A stretch of 64,000 nt of DNA, taken from positions 34,534,001 to 34,598,000 of the forward strand of contig NW_025964001.1 of the NCBI RefSeq assembly GCF_023055435.1, in the 5' to 3' direction. The notes under the pieces are model-generated. The model was not told where the DNA came from, searched no databases, and worked only from the letters and a program-made list of their open reading frames with translations. Of this stretch, positions 13,773-25,108 are shown piece by piece. The translations under genes were made by a program, and so were the position numbers. This DNA comes from Haliotis rufescens (Eukaryota). Each line of letters starts with the position of its first letter. The stretch's first letter is position 1.

Positions 13773-14030
13773 GTAGACCGCCGTGGTGCTGAGGATAGAG
13801 CGTCTTCCCAGAGAGCGGAAGGTCGGTAGTTCGATCCCCGCCCGCGTCATACAAAAAAACCCGTTAAAATATAGTAGTTGTTGTTACCCTGGCTGGTGTT
13901 TGGCATAAAGGGATAAAACAAGGGTGGTAGATCCGGAGGCAGTATATTGTGTCTGAGGTTTAAATGTAAAAAAAATCTGCGGCATGGTATCTCATTTGGC
14001 TAGCACGATAAAATCCTGGACCAATACAAT
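13773..14030 (+). mobile_element. family D SINE
   Basis: tRNA-like head with B box GTTCGATCC and a body homologous to the 11689 copy. Confidence 0.75.
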
Positions 14031-15407
14031 CAGCACCCCCCCCCCCCCCCCCCCCCCCCATCCCACCCCACACCCCACACACACGCACTCCATACACAAA
14101 CACACACACGCGCGCGCACATACACACACACGTTCATGCATGCGCGTGGCTATGTAAACTCTCGTTTGCAGGTTAAGAGAAGGAAACAGCGTTTTGTACA
14201 TACGTTGCCATGGTAAGTGGACGACTGCATGCACGCTCGTTTCAAGGGTATTACATAGGAAAAACTATCTCTATACTCGTTCGAAAGAAAACGCTAACAT
14301 GTATACTTGTTTCCATGGTAACACAATTAAACTACTACATATCTATTTTTATTTCCATCTTATCCCACTCGAACAGTTGCACGTGGACATCATCGTCGTT
14401 ATCATCAACATCACCACCATCATCAGCAGCATCGTCGTCATCATCATCGTCATCATCATCATCATCACAAAACTTTACTCACATACTGTTCTAGGAGAGG
14501 GTTGTATATTGCAAAACATGCTTGTTAATTACACGAGTGTCAATTAGACCTCTTATCACTGCAGCAAGTATATATCACCACTACTGTTGTATATATCTAT
14601 CAGTCAAGTAGAGTGTGATGGAGAGGGGCGCAAAACGCCGACCCAGAGTGCATGGCAGGTAATATTGTCAAGTGGAAGTCTATTATACCAATGTTTTAAA
14701 CACGAAAAAAACAAATGATATATGGCTCTATGATCACGTGTTTTTGCTTTGTGTCTGTGTGTAACTCATAAGGGAGAACAACCTGCACTGACAGTGTTAT
14801 TGTTTATGAATTATGACTTTGCACAAACTGTACCCCATACTGTCCTTGCATTCGAACTAATTGGTTGGGAGACTGTCAGTAATATTCCAGCAACTATAAA
14901 AGCCGTTTCAAGGTCGATAGAAAGCATAAAGCTACACTGTCAGGGTTGTTTGACGCAGATAAACAAGGGTAAGGGAAGGTCGCGACACCATTAAACATGA
15001 TATTGAGTACATTAACCTTCGTGGCCGGTAGCGGTGTTCCTACAGTGTCGCGGTATTGGATTTTAATCACGGAATTGTAGGACATGACATTGTGTGGAAT
15101 CGACCTCGGAAGGTGCGCGACAAGCAAGCGCGCTATCTACTGTGCTACCCAAACAATGCGACAACCAGGTAAATTGTGTTTCATGGATATATTTTCTTCT
15201 GATTAAGGGCTTAATTAGGAGGCAATCATAACGTGTTTTAGAGTATTCTTCCTGTCTTTTCTTCTTCCGATCTCTCTACGGGAACTCTCACATTTTGGTC
15301 ACTCTGGAATGCTATGGCGTCAAATGATATGATTAAGTGATATGACGTCATGATATAATGAATGGCGTGATGTGCTTCTTTACTAACATTTGAACTCGCC
15401 TGGTTAG

Positions 15408-15689
15408 GTTTTGTTTGTTTGTTTGTTTGTTTGTTTGTTGTTTAACGCCGCACTCAGCAATATTCCAGCTATATGACGGCGGTTTGTAAATAGTCAAGTC
15501 TGGACTAGACAATCCAGTGATTGATATCATGAGCATCGATCCACGCAATTGGGATCAATGACATGCATCAACCAAGTCAGCGAGCCTCACCACCCGATCC
15601 CGTTAGTCGCCTCTTATAACAAGCATAGTCGCCTTTTACAGCAGGCATGGGTGGCTGAAGGCCTATTCTACCCCGGATCTTCACGGGTC
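15408..15689 (-). mobile_element. family B retroposon, full length
   Basis: Starts GACCCGTGAAGATCC. Flanks CTGGTTAGG and CTGGCTAGG are a probable TSD. Confidence 0.92.
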
Positions 15690-16436
15690 CGTCTGGCTAG
15701 GAGAATGTGGAGACCAAATGTAAAATTAATGAAACATAGTTATATATAATTAATGCGGAATAAGGCTGATGGCACGTCTTGTTTATATATTTGTTATTGG
15801 GTACACAATGTCCGGAAATTTAATTTGGGGACCAACGTCTTTAGTCATCCATTGCATCATGTCGAGAGTGACGTCATGTGTCACCACTGTGCGAGTTAAC
15901 GTAGGTAGAGGTAAATAGAAGTTGTTCTGATAAATATTGATCGAACATCATATTTTATTTATTTGGTATCCATTCGGATAATGGCACGCTTTCAAATTTG
16001 GAATTGAGAAAAAAATATTCATGCATTCGCAGTGAATAGACCCATCTAACATTTTGCATCAGGTACCAATCGGGTTACAATCGTCTCTACAGATTGTCGC
16101 CCCTTGCCATGCCAGGATTCAAAAGTCGTGAGTATTTATGATCCTTGATTATTATGACCCATGCTCGTAGGCCTCACCAAAGTGGCACGCCTGTATCAGA
16201 GTGGTTGGAGGGGTTTTAAGGTGTGGGGGAGTCCGGTGTCCTATTACTCCCCTAAACACACGTTACCTTTTCCCTCTCCATATCAGTATTTCCAAGCATG
16301 TCAGACAGATTATATGTAACCATTGTGTCATAATTTGAGTAAAAGTAACTACAATATATCAACGGGGACACGGGTGGCCCAATCGTCTAATACACCGAAA
16401 TTCCATATGCGGAGTTGCCTTCCCTGAGCACACCAG

Positions 16437-16543
16437 GGCCCCGTTCCACAAAGCTATCTTAGCGCTAAGTCGGTCGTAACACCCATTCTTTAACCCTGAT
16501 TTACGACAATCGTAGCACTAAGATCGTTGTGTGGAACGGGTCC
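16437..16543. mobile_element. 107-bp MITE, CWG TSD (PIF/Harbinger-like)
   Basis: TIR GGCCCCGTTCCACA/TGTGGAACGGGTCC flanked by CAG on both sides. Confidence 0.9.
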
Positions 16544-16716
16544 CAGAAACCTATGATCGTGGGTTTGAATCCCGGTTCGCCCCGATCATGTTTCTAGGTT
16601 TGTCAGCAACATACCCGTGCTCGTGGGTTTAGAACTAAGTGGTAAACTTCTCAGGCCTGCACCACTTCAGGCTTTCCTCCCACATGAATCTGTCACGCCG
16701 TGATATATAACTGGCA

Positions 16717-17133
16717 TATAGAGAATCTCACCCTCGTGTCTTTTGATATCAAATATATCAACACGAGTTGATAAAAGTGGAAAAACTCCGAGGCATGCCA
16801 AGGAGTTTTCCCACTTTTATCAACGAGTGTTGATATATTTGATATCAAAAGACACGAGGGTGAGATTTTATTTATCATCCAACATCATTCTTCCAATTTT
16901 TTCAGTTTGAAGACAGTAATAAGCAGTGTCTTAAGTGTAAAACTTCAGTAGTAGAGTCATTAGTGATGTCATTTGATTGTGGCGCCATGCTAACCAATGA
17001 CATCACAATGGTCTGCAAAGTATTGTGATGCAATTTCATTGCAGCGATATCTACAGATATCGTGTAGATATGTAGATATTGCTTGATCTCACCCAAGCGA
17101 TATCTCCTGTGGGAGCTAGTTTTGGGTGATAAA
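16717..17133. mobile_element. non-autonomous DNA element with long internal palindrome (Crypton-like architecture)
   Basis: ~145-bp near-perfect hairpin at 16725-16868, TTTATCATCCAA/TTGGGTGATAAA inverted pair, and a second copy at 54290-54640. Confidence 0.75.
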
Positions 17134-19404
17134 TATTGTTAAAAGCGGGTTTTGAATCCAACTCACTCACTCAGTACATAGCAGTATGTAAAATAGGTTA
17201 GATGACCTCATGCATCACAATGTGATCCAGAATAAGTTCAGTTGTCAACGACACCTCAAAAACAAGTTCTCTTCCATTCGAGATCCATTAAAATCGATAA
17301 AACCATCTTGTTGATATTATAATTACTCATATATTTATCTTATTTATTCCAGAAAAGGAGTGTCAAGCCATGTGTTGTAAAGTCTTACCATATGCCCTCC
17401 TGCTTTGTTTTTCATTAACGTAATCTTTGACATGTTCTCACCTTTATCTGACGTCACAAACAGCGCCATCTAGGGAGAGCACGTGACAGACACGTGTGCG
17501 AATGTGTCGTCTGCCCCGCCATTTGTGTTCCGTATGGTGAGAAGGGAGGCCCCCTTGTAACGAACAAAGTGTTTATTTGATGTAAATAAATCCTTGTTGT
17601 TGCTATGCATTAATGTAACGGCAGCTGCTAAATCTTCTACACCATAAACATGGGTAAAGAACAGGCTGAAAACATGACACACTGAAGTAACGGAGCTTGG
17701 TGCAGTCCGCCATATTGTGGCCAGGTTGCATCTGCAGTTCACAGAAAACATGGCTAACTTAGGTACTTTTTTTCAATCAAACTAAAATAAAACATGAGTA
17801 AGATTAAATAATATTTTACTCTAAGATCCAATTACAAGCGATTGTGTTGCATGCTAACCCTAATTTAATATGTCATAATTTGAGTTTATCTCTAACTTGG
17901 AGTTCGTCTCTTACGTGTATTTAAAACCAAATCGAAATAAATTTACATGTACACATGCAACAGATATACCAACATGAACACATTTAATTGTGGTCGATTA
18001 TTATCATAATGATCATAATAATGAAATTATTATTATTATAATTATTATTATTTGTAGTAGTAGTTTCAGTATAGTGGTAGCAGTAGTGATGGTGGTAGTA
18101 GTAGTAACATTATGTTGCTGTGTAATCATCATCATCATCATTTTCATCATCATCATCATCATCATCATCATGTTTTTACAATACAATTGGTATAAAAACA
18201 TGGATGCAAAATTAAACCACCCAGATAACGTCGGAAGAAATTAACACTTTACTAAAGTCCCTCCATATCCACTGAGTTAAAGTACAAATTATGCAACGTA
18301 ATAAAAGTCTAGCTTCATTTGTTCCGAAGGGGCATAACCCTAAACAGTCGGAAGGAAGGGAGGTTCACCATCAACACGTGCCGTGCAGGACCGTGGGGAG
18401 TGGCACGTGAACGCATTGTCGCGGATGGATACACCCACTAGGCGGTTTATTTTCACGGGATAGGCGACAATTGAAGGAGAAAGGGAAGACCTTGTTTATT
18501 AATACATCTTTGTTTCTCGCTTGTCGAATGTCAGGCTGAATATATACAATTAGGTTAAACCATGGCAATGAGTTCCGATACCGAACTGATTCTTTTACTT
18601 GTAACAAGCAGCTTCTTTGATGGTTTGGCACCGCCGGACTGATTTAGTGAGGACGACGGTGGCATTAAGCCGTGGAGACATCTTGATTTATCATGCAGGA
18701 AAAACAGTGTTTATTGTAATTAGGAGACGTAATAAATCTCCTCTCTTTATTCGGCGTATACAGCATTCTGGGGTAATAAAAGAAACATTCTTTCGAAGAT
18801 AATGATTCTGTACATGAACGTATCGCCACGCACTGTCGTACTCTCCAGACCTGGACGTATATCGCTGTGTTCTGCATATCTTTGATAGTGAGCCAGGGCA
18901 CACCGACTAGACCTATTAACAAGACCTCCTGTCGAACAGACATCCAATTATCATTCTGGCTTGGGGGTACATATCACCAGCCTCATGGCCTCTTGACTCT
19001 TGCCGCACCCTACTGTCCACCGGCTGAATTTATACCTGGGATGAAATGAAGTCAGTTGATCCCGGCTAGCCACCCACGGGCATACAATCTAGGCGGTTAT
19101 AAAAGGAGGTTGCACCTTTTACCCATGTTTCGAAGTGAACAGAAACATGTGTGAAAAGAGGCGTGGGGGTGTTGGGGTTATTAAGGGGCGGGTGTTCGCA
19201 CCCTCTCCATCCCTTTCTGGATCAGCCCGTATACACACGTTTTAAACGAATGTACGATTGTAGAATATTTTGTTTCTGAAAAGAAAACATTTTTAGCTTA
19301 AATTTAAAACAAAAGACCATGATGATCCCATCTCCATCCTTAGTCGCCATATAGGCCATGCGCATCAGTACAATCTACCAATTCGGCTAACTGGCACTTT
19401 GGAC

Positions 19405-19700
19405 GAGATCCTGTAACTGGTACTAGGGACTAGATCATGTACCTGGTACGAAGAACTAGATCATATAACTCGTACCAGGAATTAGATCCTGGAACTCGAA
19501 CTAGATCCTGTATCTGGTATACGGAACTATATCCTGTAATTGGTACAAGGGAACAGATCCTCTAGCTGGTACAAGGAATTAGATACTGAGACTGGTACAC
19601 GGAACCAGATCAGGTAACTGATACAAGGAACTCGATTCTGTAACTGGTGCAACCTGCCAGATCCTGTATTTGGTATTAGGAACTAGATCCTGTAACTGGT
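19405..19700. repeat. degenerate ~26-bp minisatellite (ACTAGATCCTGTAACTGGTACAAGGA)
   Basis: Recurring AGATCCTGTAACTGGTAC motif. Confidence 0.8.
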
Positions 19701-20085
19701 TCTGACAGTAAGGTCCATGTGTTAAGTGGGATACCAATTTCAGGTGTATTTCGGCATACAGACATAATGGGAGACATGCCAAATCGAGGAAAAGTACATA
19801 TTTGTTTTAAACGTCTTCCTGGGCAAATGTTCTACTTCGAAAGAATTCGTTCGTTAGCATCCTTGACATATTATCATATATTGCCTGAACGTTTCTGCTA
19901 CACTTTCTCTGAAATCGGATTTATAACAGACATGTTGTAAGGTATGTTAAGGGTTGGTTGTGGCATTTGTAATCTTAAAAACATAACTTTCAGGCATATA
20001 ACTTGGATTTTGATGATGAAGCCAATCCTACCAACGACATTCCAATAATAATAATAAACATAAACATAACTATAATTATAATAAT

Positions 20086-21005
20086 GTCAAGACTCATGAT
20101 GAAAACAAGGCATTCCACAGTTTCCTTAAACGAGCCAAGTATGTGGGACATAATCTCAATGTCAGTGTTGATTTTGTTGATGGTTCTGTACTGCTGGACG
20201 GTACAGATATTAGTGTCAACCAAGCAAAGTGCCATATCAAATTGACCCAGACTCAGTTTTGCAAGGAGAGGCTATCTGAACGACCACTGCATCGAGTTTA
20301 TGTGCAGTGCAACCCTGCAGAGTCCTTCTCTTGCCTGAAGTCGGCTGGCCTGAAAAGTGAAACAGAAGGCTTTCCTTTATGCTGCTCAGGACCAGTCACC
20401 TGCCAGACGAAACCGTCAATGTGTGATTTTGAATCAAAATGTAAATATGAAATGAATTTAATGTCCAACACATTGTCAGTGGATCCCCTTTGGCACAAAC
20501 ACAGCATCTTAAGCCAATATACCTGATCTTGTCCTTTTTGATAAATCCAATGTAATCATTTATATCATTGAATTTTCTGTCCCTTTTGACACTGATGTGA
20601 TTGATAAGATTCAGGAAAAACATGGCAAATATGCGGACCTCGCTTTCGAAATGTCACGCTTGCATCCCAAGTACCAAGTTGTCCGACTCCCCATTGTTCT
20701 TGGTGCCTTAGGTTTGGTACTTCCCAGTCGGTTGACTGACATTTGGAGAGTGCCCGAGTTTGCTGCCAGGAATACAGCCCTTCCGACAATCTGGGTAATG
20801 CAGAAGGCTGCAGTGTTGGGGAGTCACATTCTCCCAAATGTTTTGGGTGGGTTTGACAAGGCAGCGCCTCAAGGGAAAAGTCCCATTCGCTGTCTGGGCT
20901 GCATGTTGAGGGGACAAAGGCCCTGAGCAGATGATGAGCCTAACCAACCTGACTGCCATTATCACCCAAACCTACTTTGCTGCATTTTAAAAATTTTAAT
21001 CTGTA
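20086..21005 (+). mobile_element. 5'-truncated RLE-type non-LTR retrotransposon fragment (R4/Dong-like), pseudogenic
   Basis: Homologous to the 34998-37951 element (VDFVDGSVLLDGT, LKSETE, PDL..IEFSVPFD..EKHGKYADLA). Preceded by a (TAA)-rich tract and carries internal deletions. Confidence 0.88.
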
Positions 21006-22056
21006 CATAATGATGATACTAATGTTTGATTAACATTGTTAATTGAAGACACAGGAATAACATAGGATGTGTTTTACAGCAATGTCAAATCACTATCATA
21101 TAGTTTCCCCAATACCTAACCTTAAGATTATATTAATAACACAGACACGTTATTTTCTCTTCTCAGGTCAATGACCTGATATTTACCACGCACCAGCTCT
21201 TGTTCAGCTGATACTGGCAACTGCATCCCCAAGTGTTCCAGCACCAGCCTAACGATATCCGCACATACCTAGGAGCCCTAACTGACGCCCAGTCTCCGAA
21301 AATATATAATTTTGATAGAAACAAGCAGCTACATTTAAATTAAAAAAGAGCCAATGTGATGCGAGTTGAACCTGTGCTAAAGTCTAGACTTGCTTCAGTT
21401 AGGATTATAACATTACGGTAAGGGCTGGTCGAAAAGGAAAAAAATGTGGTTGAGGAGACTATGCAACAGACTACCAGGAACCCGTGGGATCCTCTTTTTA
21501 CCGGCCCCCTCCCGTAATAGCGCTGGTCTCCCTCGCTCATGGCTCTGGACCCCACATGTAGGGGTGGGGGTCATGCAGCCCTTTGCCCCGGTCCCTGACT
21601 ATATCAAGTGGAGAAGACCCACCCCTACATGATGGATAGGCATTTGTGGAGTCTTGCTGGGGGTTTGACATGAAGATGTGTATGTTATCAACGGGAAACC
21701 GTCGATCTCTGGTAATAGACTCGTAATAGTAAGGCCATAAGAAATATTATCATTTTCGTCGTGGTCTTTTATCATATGCGAGGATCTTTTGTTGTTAGAA
21801 ATGACACATTATTTGAGGACATAGATAAAAATGTATCAAAAAGTAGTTATATTTCCCAACTTATTTCATGCCTTGAACTAATACTCGATACATTTGTATC
21901 TCATTTGCGTGTAATCCAATAATGTACGCATCAATGGATAGATGCTTCATTTGTGTGTATGTGTGTACTGTGTGCGTGCGTACATGCGTGCGTGCGGATG
22001 GAGTTGGTGCTCTCTCTCTCTCTCTCGCTCTCTCTCTCGCTCTCTCTCTCTCTCTC

Positions 22057-22219
22057 GGGGCGGCGAGGAAGCTTAGTCGTTAAAGCGTTGGCTCGTCACG
22101 ACGAAGGCCGGGTTCGATTCCCGACATGGGTACAATGTGTAAAGCCCATTTCTGGTGTCCCCCGCCGTGATATTGCTGGAATATTGCTCAAAGCGGCGAA
22201 AACCATACTCACTCACTCA

Positions 22220-22220
<1 letters not shown>
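22057..22220 (+). mobile_element. family A SINE inserted in (CT)n
   Basis: Full head-to-tail match with (CT)n on both flanks. Confidence 0.92.
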
Positions 22221-22268
<48 letters not shown>

Positions 22269-22659
22269 AGCCTCCATATAAAAACACCACAAGAGAGAAG
22301 AGAAGTACTTCGTTATGATGCCATTATCTCCATGTTGTTGATCTAACTGACTAACTGAGTACCGACGGCCCACACTACCTGAGACGTACGTGGAATGATG
22401 GCATATATTCAGACGCACTGCACGTCAATAGAAGCTATGCCGTGACACAGATTGCACATGGTCAAATCTTATATCGGCTGACATACAGCAGTTAGACTAG
22501 ACATTTAAAAGAACTGTCGTAGAACAAGGACAGCCTGAGATAAGGCTATATAAAAAATAATTTAGGAAGGGCTTCATCGCATTGCCCTATTCTCCCAGAA
22601 ACATAAGAAAATCAGAAGCACTAATATACTCCACACGAGACACTGAAATACAGAATAAG

Positions 22660-22967
22660 GTGAGGTCAGGTGAGGTGAAATGGGGGTTAACGCCGCGTTC
22701 AACATTATTCTACTGATCTAGCGACATGTGTGTGTGTGTGTGTGGTGCGTGATGCTAGTCTGGACTGATACCGATTTTATAGTGCTAGGCACTGAGATTA
22801 ATACGAATACCCCACTATACTGACTCCGAGCCGACCAGTCCTTGTTTTCGCCACTTAATGCCGAGGCAGGGTAACAACACCTACCATCTTTTGACGTATT
22901 TGGGGGATCGAACCCCGGACCTTCCGTTATCCGGGCGGACGCTCTATCCACTACACCTAGGAGGTCC
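22660..22967 (-). mobile_element. family D SINE with (CACCT)n tail
   Basis: Reverse complement head GGACCTCCTAGGTGTAGTGGATAGAGCG, B box, Meta-like body and tail GCGGCGTTAAC. Confidence 0.75.
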
Positions 22968-23049
22968 AGTATATATATGATGAATAGGACTCACGTAATA
23001 TAACAAATAGGTAATAGTGTAGTTAAACAATATAAATTTATATTTTTCA

Positions 23050-23272
23050 TAAAAGGCGTCTGTGCTTGTCGGAAGAGGCGACTAACGGGATCGGGTGGTC
23101 AGGATCGCTGACTTGGTTGATGTATGTCATCGTATCCCAATTGCGTGGATCGATGCCCATGATATCAAACACTGGACTGTCTGGTCCAGACTCGATTATT
23201 ACAGACCGTCGTCATATAACCGGAATATTGCTGAGTGCGGCGTTAAGCAACAAACAAACAAAGAAACAAACA
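23050..23272 (+). mobile_element. family B retroposon, 5'-truncated
   Basis: Body and tail match other family B copies. Confidence 0.9.
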
Positions 23273-23771
23273 CATACAAAGACACGACAACGTTTCCCGT
23301 GGAATCCCATATAGTATTCGACCCTATTACACGAGAATGACACGCATATTTTAAAATAAACATGATTCAATCGATTTTATATCCATGCATTTTGTTTACT
23401 TATGCAGTTGTATACATGCAGATGTCAAGGTAAAACATAATTTAGCCGAAACATTGCAGGAGCGAATCCTGCTCGATCCCGGATACAAGCTATCGAGGAA
23501 TGGTTTGCTGAGCAGGAAGGGACATATGTCAGAATCTCCACCTTAGGCTGACATCCACTTGTGGATGCTGATTTCTATTTTAAGTCGCTGAATCAATAAA
23601 AATAAATCACCATGCACTATTTAAACACTTGCACTTTAAACTACCTGGAACTACGTCATGGATCGATTGGGGATAAAATTATCATTCCTGAAAGTCAGAT
23701 TAGATGATTAGGCCAAATAAACGAAACTAATTGTGTCTCTGAATCATCAAGATAGGAATAGGATGAAGGCG

Positions 23772-24265
23772 GGTGTTCAAGGATAATCATGTGCTAGGTG
23801 TGTGTTCAAGGATAATCATGTGCTATGTGTGTGTTCAAGGATAATCATGTGCTAGGTGTGTGTTCAAGGATAATCATGTGCTATGTGTGTGTTCGAGGAT
23901 AATCATGTGCTAGGTGTATGTTCGAGGATAATCATGTGTTAGGTGTGTGTTCAAGGATAATCATGTGCTAGGTGTGTGTTCAAGGATAATCATGTGCTAG
24001 GTGTGTGTTCAAGGATAATCATGTGCTAGGTGTGTGTTCAAGGATAATCATGTACGTGTGTTCGAGCAAAATTCCGGTAATAAATGGTGTTCGATGTGGA
24101 CTCCGGCAAATGCAGTGTGTTCAAGTGCAAATCGTGACAAAAAGCGCGTGTTCCAGTAGGACTCCGGCATTAGGCGGGTGTTCCAGTAGGACTCCGGCAT
24201 TAGGCGGGTGTTCCAGTAGGACTCCGGCATTAGGTGGGTGTCCCATTAGGACTCCGGCAATAGGG
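23772..24265. repeat. 29-bp minisatellite (~10 units) grading into a 30-bp variant (~4 units)
   Basis: GTGTTCAAGGATAATCATGTGCTAGGTGT followed by GTGTTCCAGTAGGACTCCGGCATTAGGCGG. Confidence 0.93.
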
Positions 24266-24398
24266 GTGATCTTTCAAAGACGAGATTGTGATTAAAAAAT
24301 AACATTCATTCTAAGACTGCACAAACAAATGAGTAAATTAGCCATTACAAACCCCATATAGTCTCTATGAAGACACTCATGCATCATACAAACCAGGT

Positions 24399-24522
24399 GG
24401 ACTGTCGGGTAGCCCAGTGGGTAAAGCGTTCGCTCGTCACACCGAAAACCCGGGTTCAATTCCCCCCGCCGTGATATTGCTGGAATATTGCTACACGCAG
24501 CGATAAAACATACTCACTCACT
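24399..24522 (+). mobile_element. family A SINE with internal deletion
   Basis: Head and tail are present, the middle is missing, and AAACCAGGT flanks both sides. Confidence 0.85.
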
Positions 24523-25031
24523 ATAAACCAGGTAAGCTGAGGAAATTCGTGAAGGTAGCTTTGCATTAGATTAAATAGAATCGGTGATCTCACTGTGCCA
24601 AATTGTCTTCGAAATAGCGCCGTTATTGGTTTCATGTTGTTATGAATATAGCACACGGAATACCTTATCACTCTCACGTGCCATATATTGACTTGGTCTT
24701 ATGACCTCTTTAACCTTTATCAGGGTCATAATTGATAAGATGACGTCATACCTACGAAACGTCGGCTGCGACATCAATATTCATTAAGGTATGGTGACGG
24801 CAACCACTGCAGGAATGTACGATATTGAAATAATTTACATATGTCAATAGTTACATGGGGCGTGTCTATATTTTGAAAACGAATCTCGAAATAACAGAAA
24901 TTATTATTATTTATTTATCTTTATTGTTTTTTAAAGATATTTTTTATCATTTCCTTTATATTTTAAGTAATCCATCAATACTTATAGTGTTTAAATGTGT
25001 ATATGTGGAGGCTGGTGATGCTGATGACAAA

Positions 25032-25063
<32 letters not shown>

Positions 25064-25067
25064 CGAC

Positions 25068-25108
<41 letters not shown>
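25032..25108. repeat. (GAT)n microsatellite within a local ~320-bp tandem duplication (24760-25420)
   Basis: GGGGCGTGTCTATATTTT and GCTGATGACAAAGAT each occur twice. Confidence 0.85.

Larger units (their letters stand above)
16364..17172 (+). mobile_element. family C SINE interrupted by two MITEs
   Basis: Removing 16437-16543 and ~16710-17133 restores a copy colinear with 7768-8008. Confidence 0.85.

Noticed and set aside
18617-18860. Mariner/Tc1 relic (MVW, FEDN..H, YSPDL)
   Set aside because: Motif spacing is wrong and no TIRs were found, so it is too degenerate to support.
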